Source: the human T2T-CHM13v2.0 reference genome, Homo sapiens. Taken from it: a stretch of DNA of 64,000 nt. Position 1 is the stretch's first letter, and each line of letters starts with the position of its first letter. The DNA lies in NCBI RefSeq assembly GCF_009914755.1, contig NC_060928.1. One strand, 5' to 3'. Below are positions 1 to 10,870 of the stretch, piece after piece. Below the pieces are notes generated by a model. It worked only from the letters and a program-made list of their open reading frames with translations, did not search any database and had not been told where the DNA came from. The position numbers and the translations under genes were made by a program.

Positions 1-1002
1 ACATTCACAAGTAATGCAGAAACAATTAAAAATCAAAGAAATGCTACATTTTGTAAAGCAGACTTAGTTGAGGTAAGCATGTTTAAAATTATTACTTTTC
101 CTTCCTCCCCTACAAGTTTTATATTGTGCTTTAAAGTTGAAAAAAAAAATAGCAATGTTTGTTTGAATCACGATTAGTGATTAGAAAATCCAAATCTCTC
201 TAGCCTGTGTTTTGTAATACCAAAGTAGACCGTGGTACCATTGCAACATAATTCAAGTATTTAAACTTTGAAAACACTAGCTGATTTGACATGCTTATTT
301 TTTAATATTTTTCTGTTTTACAAAAATTGCACAAATTACTGAAATAAATTTGGAGCTGTAATTCCACTATGTGTTACCTTTCCTCAAAGACGTTAATCAA
401 ATTTGGTTATATTTACACATGTAATGGATGATATAGTTTACATGTCAAAAGTAGGGTGCATTTATAGATAATTTTTCTTAATTTCATAACTAAGAGATTT
501 TTAAAAACTCATAAAAATTGATAGAATTACACTTCAGTGGGCTCTGAAATGAAAACATTTTGTCAATAATTTTGAAATTATAATATTACTTTCCTACATT
601 TAGATGACTTGTGAAGATAATAAAAAATTATCAAAATGCTTTTGGCTACAGAATGTTAGTGTCATAAAATAGTAACAGATTTTTAACTGTTATTCAAGGA
701 AGGTTGTACTAATTATATTTCAGAAAATCGTTGAGACTTAGACTTTCTCTCTGCATGCGTGTGTACATGAGAGAAAGAACTTGCCTTCACGTGCTTTGAG
801 CTTGGTAACCGCATATCTAACACTTTCCAAGACCCACATTGTCAAGTACTCCATTCGCATAGGTAGATTCAAATTTACTGAACCTTGTTGTTTTTATTCA
901 GAAAAGGAAATAAATCAACTATCATGATATTAAAACATCTTCAAGTGAGGCTTTGTTATTTCTTCTGTATCAGTTCTCTAAGTAGTGGTGTGGAGAACTC
1001 AC

Positions 1003-1159
1003 TTTACTCTTAACTTCATCTTGACTTGATGTCTCTTTTCAACAACTGAATATTCTTCTGAATTCAGGGATCGAGATCGAGTGGTAAGTGAGCAGGGAAT
1101 ACCAAGATGCACCAAAATTAATAGTGGTAGGAATTCAATTCCACTTAATTTAAAAATAC
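1003..1159 (-). other. Candidate minus-strand exon (157 bp), coding status unknown
   Basis: Minus strand reads caatttttacaatag|GTATTT...AGAGTAAA|gtgagt. One frame is open (IFKLSGIEF...KMKLRV) but the peptide is not recognised. Confidence 0.25.
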
Positions 1160-1349
1160 CTATTGTAAAAATTGCTAGGCATTCTAAAGGATATAATAAT
1201 TGCAAATAGTCACTCAATCCTTAGGGAACATACAAGAAGTGAGGAGATAAACTATAGAAATAATCTACACAAGGTACAGTGTGAAAATACTTTTTAAAAA
1301 AGTGCTGGGAGAACAATAAAAAAGATAAGTTCTGAAAGTATCCTCAGAC

Positions 1350-1528
1350 CAGTGATTCCCAGGCCAGGCCACACATGAGAAACAGCTAGGAAAATCTTTA
1401 TAAAAATTGAAATTAGTACTTTCCTGGACCCACCGGTTAAGCACTTTTGGGGGGTAAAAACTGAGCATATATATTTTTTAAAACCTCTCCTGATAATTTT
1501 GAAGTACAATCAGATTTGAAAACACTAG
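1350..1528. mobile_element. MER5-family (hAT-Charlie) non-autonomous DNA transposon, degenerate
   Basis: Ends cagtgattccc... and ...ttgaaaacactag resemble MER5 TIRs; ~180 bp length; internal similarity to MER5A/B. Confidence 0.6.
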
Positions 1529-2045
1529 TCCACACTATCTAAGCATAAGCTAGTTACAAAATCTTATGTAAATATATCCGTAGCTCTCTTAATTATTTTC
1601 TAAATGGGGCTCCCTCATATGGAACTGACCCTTCCAAACTTAACTTCCACTTGCAAAATTCAAAACATCCTCCAAGTAGTTCCACCCAGCTTCAATACTT
1701 TGTTTCCTCAGACCACATTCAGATTTTAATACAAACATCAAATATTTGTTGACATATATTTCCTTTTTTGCATACATTCTTAGTGATCTATTCACATGAC
1801 TTATCTTGACTACACCATGATTTCAGGTAGTGGATTGTACAAATTTTTTCTTGTAGTTAGAAAATGTATATATATGCATCCATGCATGCAAACACATCCA
1901 TGTATGCTGTATATACATTTTGCACGTCTTCCCACATCAGCCTAGGCTTGTGTTTGGTCTATTGTAGTGTTGAGTATCTTATTGACAAAAAAACATTAAG
2001 AAACTGCTCTTCCCGAGCGTGTTCCCAAACATTTTAGTAATAATA

Positions 2046-2852
2046 CTGTTGACCCTTGAACACAAGGGGGTTAGGGGAGCCAAGGCCCCACACAATGCAA
2101 GGAAAACTTGCATATAACTTTTGACTCTCTGCTATAGTTTGGACATTTGACCCATCTAAATCTCATGCTAAAATTTGACTTCCAATGTTAGAGGTGGGGC
2201 CTAATTTGGGTCATGGGGATGGATGCCTCATTAATAGATTAACGCAGTGGGGTGGAGGTGAGTGTTCTCACTCTTCAGTTCCTGCAGGAGCTGGTTGTTA
2301 CAAAGAGCCTGGCACTTCTCCTCACCTACTTGTTTCCTCTCTTGCCAAGCGATCTCTGCACATGCTGACTCTGCTTCATAGCAGCCTGAGGCCTCACCAG
2401 AAGCAGGTGCTAGTACCATGCTTCTTGTACAACCTGCAAAACCATGAGCCAGATAAACTTCTTTTCTGTATAAATCACCCAGTCTCACATATTCATAGCA
2501 ACACAAATGGACTCTACTGTTGACTGGAAGCCTCAATGATAATATAAACAGTTGATTAACACATATTTTGTATGTTGCATGCATTATATACTGTATTCTT
2601 ACCATAAAATAAGATAGAAAATAAAATGTTATTAAGAAAATCATAAGGAAGAGAAAATATATTTACTATTCATTAAGTGAAAGTGAATCATCAGAAAGGT
2701 CTTCATCCTTGTCATCTTCACATTGAGAAGGCTGAGGTGGAGGAGGAAGAGAAGGGACTAGTCTTGCTTTCTTCAGTGTGGCAGAGGCAAAAGAAAATCC
2801 ACATATAAATGGACATAGACAGCTCAGATTCACATTGTTCAAGGGTTAACTA
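2046..2852 (-). mobile_element. Tigger2a (MER28) DNA transposon, interrupted by an MSTB LTR
   Basis: TIRs ctgttgacccttgaac / gttcaagggttaacta, each flanked by TA (2044-45, 2853-54); internal sequence matches Tigger2a at 2046-2129 and 2514-2852. Confidence 0.85.
2130..2513 (+). mobile_element. MSTB-like MaLR solo LTR (3' terminal bases deleted)
   Basis: Starts tgctatagtttgga...aaatctcatg...gaggtggggcctaa; ends ...tataaatcacccagtctca...agcaacacaaatggact. Confidence 0.85.
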
Positions 2853-3360
2853 TACCTCCCCACCACCCAAAGCAATTCTGAATGTGAATGATTTACTTTA
2901 CTTATATTATACTTGTCAAACGTTTGGGCTATTTAAACCAGATTCCCTGAAATGTTAATGGTGAAGAGGAGTGAGACCAATTCCCAACATTTAGCAAATC
3001 ATTTTTGGGCATAAGACGGGTGTGGAACCCAGGGATTGGAGAGAAGATAGCAAACAGAAGGGGAGAGAAGCAGGGGATGTGAGGATTCAGCAGAAAAGGA
3101 TCATGGCTGCTTTCATGGATTCCACATCTTTCTCCCCCACTCAACAGTCTATAGACCTCACTTTTGAATTCTGGTTTCTCATTTTATTATAATAGTTTTA
3201 CAATCTGTTATTTTACACCAAGATTTTTCCTTCTAGTATAATATCTGCTAAAATGTGAAGCTTATTTTTTAAAATTTGCTCAGATTTGGTATTTCCTGCT
3301 CTCTCAGAATACACTATTTCTGCTAACCTGTGTAAACTGTATAGTAATAATAAAGAAAGA

Positions 3361-3396
3361 AGCTGGGTGTGGTGGCTCAAGAGACAAACTCCATCA
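3361..3396 (+). mobile_element. Collapsed Alu remnant (monomer start fused to Alu 3' end)
   Basis: agctgggtgtggtggctca joined directly to agagacaaactccatc, followed by an A-rich tail. Confidence 0.65.
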
Positions 3397-3425
3397 AAGG
3401 AAGAAAGAAAGGAAAGAAAGAAGGA

Positions 3426-3473
<48 letters not shown>

Positions 3474-3571
3474 GAGAAAGAGAGAGAGAAAGAAAGAGAA
3501 GGAAAGAGAAAGAGAAAGAAGGAAGGAAGGAAGGAAGGAAGGAAGGAAGGAAGGAAGGAAGGAAGGAAGAG
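3396..3571 (+). repeat. Compound (GAAA)n/(GA)n/(GGAA)12 polypurine microsatellite
   Basis: Uninterrupted purine tract of ~175 bp; 12 consecutive GGAA at 3521-3568. Confidence 0.95.
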
Positions 3572-4709
3572 CTTCCAGAGAATTGTTAAGTATAATATAC
3601 TTTTTCATTAATGCATATGTATGGCCAAATGGCAATGCCAGTTCACAGAAAATAGCAACATTTTATATCTTTAAGGTCGTTAGACAAATGGATATAAAAT
3701 GTTTCTGACAGTGTCACTGAGTTCAACAAGCTAGATTGGAGAAAGAGAAACATACCAAGAGCTCCCCGTGGGAAATAAATTTATCTCCTTGTGTTAACAA
3801 CAACAACAACAAATCCTATGAGGCAGCTGAATGGGCTATGGAAAGAACAGAGTGGAATGCTGGCACTGTGTTCTTTTCATTGAAAACCATTATGCAGAGC
3901 CCATTAAATTCTTCCTAAGGAGAACCTTCTGCCTGGCTAAACTTGAGTTTAATCGTACCATGCTTCCAGACCATGCAGATTTCTGATCCAAAACAATTTT
4001 GTTCCCAGCCCATAACACAATTAAACATCCCTCTGCATCAAGGCACAGGAAAAAAGTACCCACGATGCAATGGAGATTACATTCTGTAAAAATTCACCAG
4101 CCAAGGAAGAATAGTGCCAATGGAAAGTTGAACATTAAAATAGTTCAAAAGGTGAATTGGGTGTTGCTGGAATATACTGTAGGGCTCTCAGTTTCCAATA
4201 GTCACCCTGGGTAAATAACATTAACTGGGTTGACCATAGTCTCAAGCTCATTTAATTTTATTTTAGCAGTTATTTTAGGTTTTCCCCTAAATGCTGTGTA
4301 CATAGGAAAAAAATATGTTACTTTGTGTATTGACTGATTTCATAAAGTATTTCTTTTTTTCCCATTCAGCTCATTAGGAGAAATTTTTTAAAAAAACGGA
4401 AGTTAGGCATCAGCTCAGGAAAAGTATTTACAGATTTAATAGTCATTTGACAAATATTCAGCCAACATATATTTACCAAGAATTGGCTATGTCTAATCCC
4501 GCTTTAAAGATTACAAAATAATGCAAAGCTAGATTATGTGGTCCTTGTCCCTAAAAAGTTTTCAATCCCACCAAGAAAATACATAACCTGAAAAAAATTC
4601 ATGTGATAAAAGGTTGCTTGAAGGATAAGATGAATTGGCTTCTATCTGCTAACTGTGTTTTGGGGGACACCATAGGATAACATCCCTCTACCAGTTGGTG
4701 TTGATGAAA

Positions 4710-4887
4710 TGGGATGAACTTGAACTCCATTTAGCTTAAATCTCCATTTAACACTGGTTTCTTCATGCAAATCATTCAACATTCTCTTGATGTCCATTTC
4801 CTTAGCAGCTAAATGGAAATGATATCTTCTCTCATACATAAAATTTATGGTGAGATTAAAAGGTGAAATAACACATGTAAAAATGAT
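4710..4887 (+). mobile_element. MIR SINE, degenerate
   Basis: Core-like ...tttccttagcagctaaatggaaatgata...gtgagattaaa...aacacatgtaaaa. Confidence 0.5.
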
Positions 4888-4919
4888 TTTTATTTTTAAT
4901 CATATAACTTAATTTGGAG

Positions 4920-5173
4920 CCTAGTTTTGTTTGCTACGTACAAGGCGGTGTGCTAAGTGATTAGCAGATGTTGTGCCATCCATATTCAAGAAAATCTTTT
5001 GAATCTTACATATTGTGCATAAACCTCAGTATTTTTCCTGTCTAAAAGATGAGGAAACCGAAGCTTAAGGAAGTTAAGTGAAACATGCCAATATCCCACT
5101 GTAGTAAGGGGAAGTGTTCAAAACCTAGGTTTTTCTGAGTCCAGAGAACCCTCTTAACCAGTATGCTATATTG
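4920..5173 (-). mobile_element. MIR SINE
   Basis: agatgaggaaaccgaagcttaaggaagttaagtga...ctgagtccagag...ctcttaaccagtatgctata is the reverse-complement MIR core. Confidence 0.7.
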
Positions 5174-6204
5174 TCATCTTTTTTGTGCAAAAGTAGCAAT
5201 TGATTTCTAAAGTATGTGTTATTAACTTCTTCTCTGAAATTCCTACACTCACTGCTAATGATCCATATTGTGAAGTCTGTACAATGTCACTATTAAAATG
5301 TCCAGACTAAGTGCAGGAGGAGACTAGGGTTGGTATTCTAGCCTTCTTCTGTTTGGAGAATAGTTTCTCAAATTGTATAATGTTGGAAGTAACAGAAAAG
5401 ATGGTATTGAGGTGATGGAGCATGTGACCTAAGTGATCTGAGAAAGTGATAGAAAAAGAAGTTGGCATTCACAGGTCCCCGAGACAGGCCCCAAACAAGA
5501 TCTGTCGGACGAACGTATAGGCCTTGGGTGTCAGTCTTGGACTTTAAGAGAACTCTGTGCAGAGATGGAATGCAAAGAATGTACATGAAGAAGATAGATA
5601 AATGCATAAAGTAAGTGATCCTCTAGTGATCAGAAACATTTTCCTTCACTGTCCCTATATTGCCTCTTAATTTCTGGCCTTGACCTTGTTATTAATTGGG
5701 CAGAGTGGATTATAGAGAAGACAACAATGGGAAAAGTAGCTAAGAGCAACATCACTCCTTTGGACTAGATTGAAGCTATGCAAAATGATTTTCAATAAAA
5801 CCCTCTCTGCTCAGTTTTAAAAGGTACAATCGTACGTTCACATAAAATTGGCTTGTGCATAAAGAAGAGATGGGTTATAATATTTGTATATAGTAAATAA
5901 CTATATTTTGAGATCTTTACAATTATAAAGGTATTCTAGCAGAATAATTTGTATAAAGTAGCTTAAGTAATAATGGCATTTCAATTAAACCTTGAATGGG
6001 TTCCTCTACAGAAATTTCTAAATATGGGGTATAATTTTGATCTGACATTCAGCCCATTGTAGGATTTACATTAAATTGTGAACCACTAGAAAATAGGAGA
6101 GTATCTCCTTTTAGTTTTGTGCAATGCTTAGTGCACCTAGAGATCTTAGTGGGTTTTTTTTTAAAGCAAGTACTAGTTTGGCTAATGAAAAATTATTTTT
6201 AAAA

Positions 6205-7510
6205 GATATGTCAACTAGACATCTCCAGTGTGCCATGCCCAAGATTGTATTCTTGATCTTCTTGCCAAATATGTTCTTCCCATAGTCTTCTACATCTTAG
6301 TAAATGACACATTTTGCTCAGGCCAAAAGCCTTAGAACCATCCTTAACTCTTCTTTTTGTCTCCCATCCACATCTGATCCATCAGCAAATCTTATGAATG
6401 TCTATTTGTTAGGGTATAGGCTCAGTTGCTCTAATAAGGAGATCACAAAATAGAGGCTAACAACCTTAGAGGTTTGTTCTTCCTCACGTAAGAGTTCAGG
6501 GAAGATGGTAGTCAGTGCTCCATGACAGGGGGACAGATCTGCCTCCCTCAAAACATTCCAAGTGCCCTGGTTTCTAGAAAGAAAGAAGGAAAAAGGAGAA
6601 GCAAATGCAGGGCAATTATCATTAGGAAGATAGCTTGGAGTCTGCACACATCTCTTCTACTTACATCTCACTGGTGAGAACCTAGTCATATGGACAATCT
6701 TTGCTACAAAGGACGCTTGGAAATGTAGTCTCTAGCTGGGCACCCATATGACCAAGAGGAAGGGGTGAACAGATTATGGAAGACAGCCTATGATCTCTGT
6801 CACAGGTTTGTATTTCCAAAATATATCTAGTCTCTAATTACTTATCACCTCATCACCCCCATCATCACACTACTAGAAGCCCCAATTGTTCACCATTGCA
6901 ATATCCTCCTAACTGGCGTTTCTGCTTCTGTTCTTGCTTCCCTAAATGTATTCACAACTGCCTGTGATGATGTTAAAACACATCTGACCAAGACATTTTT
7001 TCTGCCCTTAGTCCTGCAATAACTTCTCATCTCATTATGAGTAAGAGCTCATGGTCTAGCCTCTGCTACTTCTTGACCTGAACTTCTACTCATACCAGGG
7101 GCTGCTTGTTGGTTCCAACATGTCCTGTTATGCTTCTTCCTCCTGGAACTCACAGCCATGCAATCTAACATCCTCTTCTTCCAGCTCTCCCCCAGGCTCA
7201 CTCCTCAGCTTCAGGTCCTGATTCAAATGGCTCCTTCCTGGCAAGGCCTTGCCTGGACACCCTATTTAAAACTGCAGCTCTTCCATCACTTGAGACTCTA
7301 GCTCCTTTGCCTGTTTTATTTTTCTCCTTGGCTCCTTCTGTCATACTGTATATTTTACTTATTTGTCTTGTTTCGTCTCCCCTGCCACCGCCAGTTTACT
7401 CCCCAACCCCAGAAGGTTCACTCCAAGATAGCAGATGTTTTTGCCTGTTTTGTTCTTAGCATCTTATATAGCATCTGACCCCATAGTAGTTGCTCAATAA
7501 ATACATTTAA
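6205..7510 (+). mobile_element. L2a LINE 3' region, interrupted by an MLT1 LTR at 6399-6804
   Basis: ttgctcaggccaaaagccttagaaccatccttaactc...ccatcagcaaatc resumes as ...ttccaaaatatatct; ends in L2 tail tagtagttgctcaataaata. Confidence 0.75.
6399..6804 (-). mobile_element. MLT1J/K-like MaLR solo LTR
   Basis: tg...ca termini; motifs cttacatctcactggtgagaacctagtcatatgg and tggaaatgtagtctctagctggg are typical of old MLT1 in reverse orientation. Confidence 0.7.
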
Positions 7511-8289
7511 GGAAATTATAGAGAGAATAAATGTGTCAGTAAACCTCAGCCATCTGATTTTCCATTTAAAGCACAACCTTGGTATAGATATCTGGAAATT
7601 AAGGAAACAATCTGATAATAATAATTAATGTGAAGCTATAAGACCAGGAACTATGAATGAGCTATGGAAGAAATCTCAGACTTGAAATTGGAAGATTTAA
7701 ATTTAATTGCCATTTTGAGACTAACCTATTTATGAAATTTAACGATTAGCTTCCTCTCTTTCGGCCTCAGTTTTCTCAGCTAAGTAAAGCATAAATATGC
7801 ACTTCAGAGGTATTTGGAAGCTGAAAGATGTGAAAAAGACAATGCCATATCTGAAAGTGGTCGCATATATTTATTCTTAAGTTTACAACATTTATTAAAA
7901 TAGGAATATCATGGGATTTACTAATTTCAAGAAGTTCATCTGGGTCCTTTGGATAAAACAGTCTTTTTCTGTTTTATGTTTCAGATTCTAACCCTAAGGT
8001 TGTGTTGAACCTCAAAGATGCCTTGAATATATTTAGTAAAATAACTACAGTAATAGTAACTAGAAACTTTCTGTATGTAGTTAAGTATTTTCATATAAGT
8101 TATTGCATTAAATCTTCATAAAAGCCCTATAAGTACCTACAGAAACATATGATTGTTGCAGGCTTTATTAATTACAATTATAATAAAATGAAATTTAAAA
8201 ATACTTCAATGTTGGCACTAAGGTACAATTAAAAAAAATTGTTTAAACATAAAATCAGTATTTTTTTCCTGAAATGGGTGGTTACTTAC

Positions 8290-8460
8290 ATGGTAACTTT
8301 TCTCCATTAATCTATTATTTCCTCAAGTTCAACCAACAAAGAATGTCATAAATTTTAAAAGTAAAAAGCAATTTCTTTCAAAATAATTCCCTCTCTTACA
8401 CTATGATAAAAGTGCATGGGAAACATTACTAAATCAAAATTAACTCCTCCAGTGTCCTGC
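8290..8460 (-). other. Candidate non-coding exon (171 bp)
   Basis: Minus strand reads gttctttttttttctaatttag|GCAGGAC...TTACCAT|gtaagt; stops in all three frames. Confidence 0.3.
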
Positions 8461-10481
8461 CTAAATTAGAAAAAAAAAGAACATGTATTTCTGTGCATGT
8501 TAACTACACATAGCCCCATTAATAATTTTTTGTATAGAATTTATAAGTGCAGCGAACTTAGAAAAATTAAGCAAATCATAGAGAAAATGACAGAGTTTGG
8601 AAATATCAAGGAACCAGCCCAGATTCTCTGCTAATTTAGTTTCGGGACATGAGAATAGTGCTTTTTTATCTCAGACTTGGCTCAAGCTTGGGGAAAAACA
8701 TTTCCCCAGGAAATTTTAGCCCAGCTGAAGCAATTGATTTTTACTGCTTGTACCCAGCATCCTCATTTTTCAGCGCTACTCAATGCACAACCACTCAGCC
8801 ATACACATTCGGATGGTTATTCAGAATTGAATCAACAACTTTGACAGAGTCAATATCTCTGCTGGCCTGTAACAAAATGGCCTTGTTATTCCAGAAGATG
8901 GACAAGAACCAGATTAGACATCCCAGTTTCCTAGCTACAGAAATTTAGACAATCAAAAACAGTGTTGGAATATCCAGTGTTTCTTAAGATACCATGGAGG
9001 GAGCACATGCTTCAAAAAGGGCATGGTGCAATTCTTCAAGAGGATAAAATGTATCATATTCTAAAAAATACCTTTAAAAATGGACAACTCAAACTTCCTG
9101 TTATTTTATGGATGAGTCTGGACACACTCACAAAACCTTTTTCTACAAAATTTTCAGTTTATCGGCCACAGTGGTGGCCATAATAAAATTCTTGACAGTA
9201 TTACTTTTAACGCAAACAACAGATAACTTCAACTGATTGAAATAAAAATGTAAAAGCCCCCTGGATGTTAAAAGAATAACTGAATGGCTCCTTGCAAATC
9301 TTCTACCTAGATAAATTTTGTTCTGAATATGGAAGTTTTAGTATCACCATTACTTTCATTAAGTTTTATAATGGTAGCTAAGATAAGTCTAGCTCAGAAA
9401 ATGCCAGAGTGTTTTAGGTTTAAAGGGTCACTTCCTTAATAGATTGGGGTTGTGTCAGATCTACTTTAAAATGAGATAGTACATATAAAAATACTTTGAA
9501 AAGTTAAAAGCATCACATAAAAGCAGGACCTTTCTTAGATGGAAACCCTGTTTTGGAAGCACTTAACTATAATTGCAAATGCTGATAAATGAAAAAATAG
9601 GTCACCAAAAATGCTTTCATAGGCGTTTTCTTCCCCAGTGCAAGTGCATTCACTGATGAGAAGAATCTATGCCATGCGGTAACACAGCAAGACCATTTAA
9701 ATACCAATCATGTAATAAGTAATCAAATCCGAGGGCTCCCTTGGGCTTTTAGCTCCAGGATGAATTTTTCCCCACCCTTTTTGGCCCTGTGTAAATGCAA
9801 TTTTGTTTTAATAATGTTTTTAAATTATGGTTGTCTAATAAACATAATTTTAAAAATTGTCCTTCAAAAAGGACTCACTTTTCAAGACTACTTTGTAAAC
9901 CAGTAAGCTTCTCCTGACTTGTTCTCCTCGAAGGGTCTGGATGGTTTCATTTACTTCTTCACTTTTATAGGAAAAACAATGTAAAAAATTTTTATTATCG
10001 ATAGAGCATTAAGAAACAACTTCATGCAAAAAAATTAGTCTGGCCTTAGGTTGTGCCCTGTAAAGCTGTTAGATAGCTCTATCTCCCTCTACTGGCAAAG
10101 TCAGCATCCCAGATTCTGAGTTCCCTTGACCCAAAGAATGTCACCCCCAGAAACAAACAAGAAAACAAACGAGAGCTGCTTCCACAATTAGCCCTAAGCC
10201 AGACAAGACTGGGAATTTTCTTCCCATCTTACAAAGAAAAAGGATTACCATGAATAAGCAGTGTTCAGAGGAAAAATGGGAACTATTTTCCTTAAACATT
10301 AAAAAAAGTACCAAGAAGATTCTTGGAGGTTAAAATGCAAGTGCACAATGATCCGTGTGCATAGAATGTGACTTTTTTTCCAGGATAAATAAAAAAGAAC
10401 TAAACAATTTGTAGAATGCAGTCACATCAAATCTGATGGTGGAGAATGTGTGTACATTTTTTAAAAAATCAAATACCTTAC

Positions 10482-10624
10482 CTTCTTGATAAATGGCTCA
10501 TAAGGGCACTACTACCAGGAGTCGCTGAAGGCAGAACCCGAGCTTAGGTATTTTAAGTGGCATTACATGTTCTCTTCAAGTTCATAGGGTTAAACAGGTA
10601 AGTGGTTTCACATGTGGTTCCTTC
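10482..10624 (-). other. Candidate non-coding or 5'UTR exon (143 bp)
   Basis: Minus strand reads ttattgtcctcattttttag|GAAGGAACC...TCAAGAAG|gtaagg; no frame is open across it. Confidence 0.3.
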
Positions 10625-10689
10625 CTAAAAAATGAGGACAATAATGATGAGCTAGCCACTTTTTTAGAGGTGGAAAAAAACTAGTTAGA

Positions 10690-10870
10690 ATCCACGCTCT
10701 CTGGAGACAGAGTTCTGCAGTAAGTGGAACCTTCTGACGATGGAGCCTGGAGCCAGCAGCTGGGTTCTGTCACCCTGACTGGGGCGGCCCTGTTAGTGTA
10801 GCGTGACCCCTGGCGCATTCGCACAGATAATACCGGCACCTCTTTTCACTCTAATCTCCTACCCGTCTGA
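10690..10870. promoter_or_regulatory. GC/CpG-enriched putative regulatory element with GC-box and CTCF-like motif
   Basis: ggggcggc near 10781; reverse strand of 10801-10819 reads aatgcgccaggggtcacgc (CTCF-like); several CpGs in a CpG-poor background. Confidence 0.35.

Noticed and set aside
2185-2644. Overlapping 112-aa and 137-aa ORFs
   Set aside because: Lie entirely within the MSTB LTR and Tigger2a.
3213-3708. 140-aa ORFs rich in K/E/R or F/L/S
   Set aside because: Translations of the GAAA/GGAA microsatellite; the same applies to ORFs at 15638-15912 and 57648-58006.
4710-5173. Inverted MIR pair as a dsRNA substrate
   Set aside because: Both copies are too diverged for stable long-range pairing.
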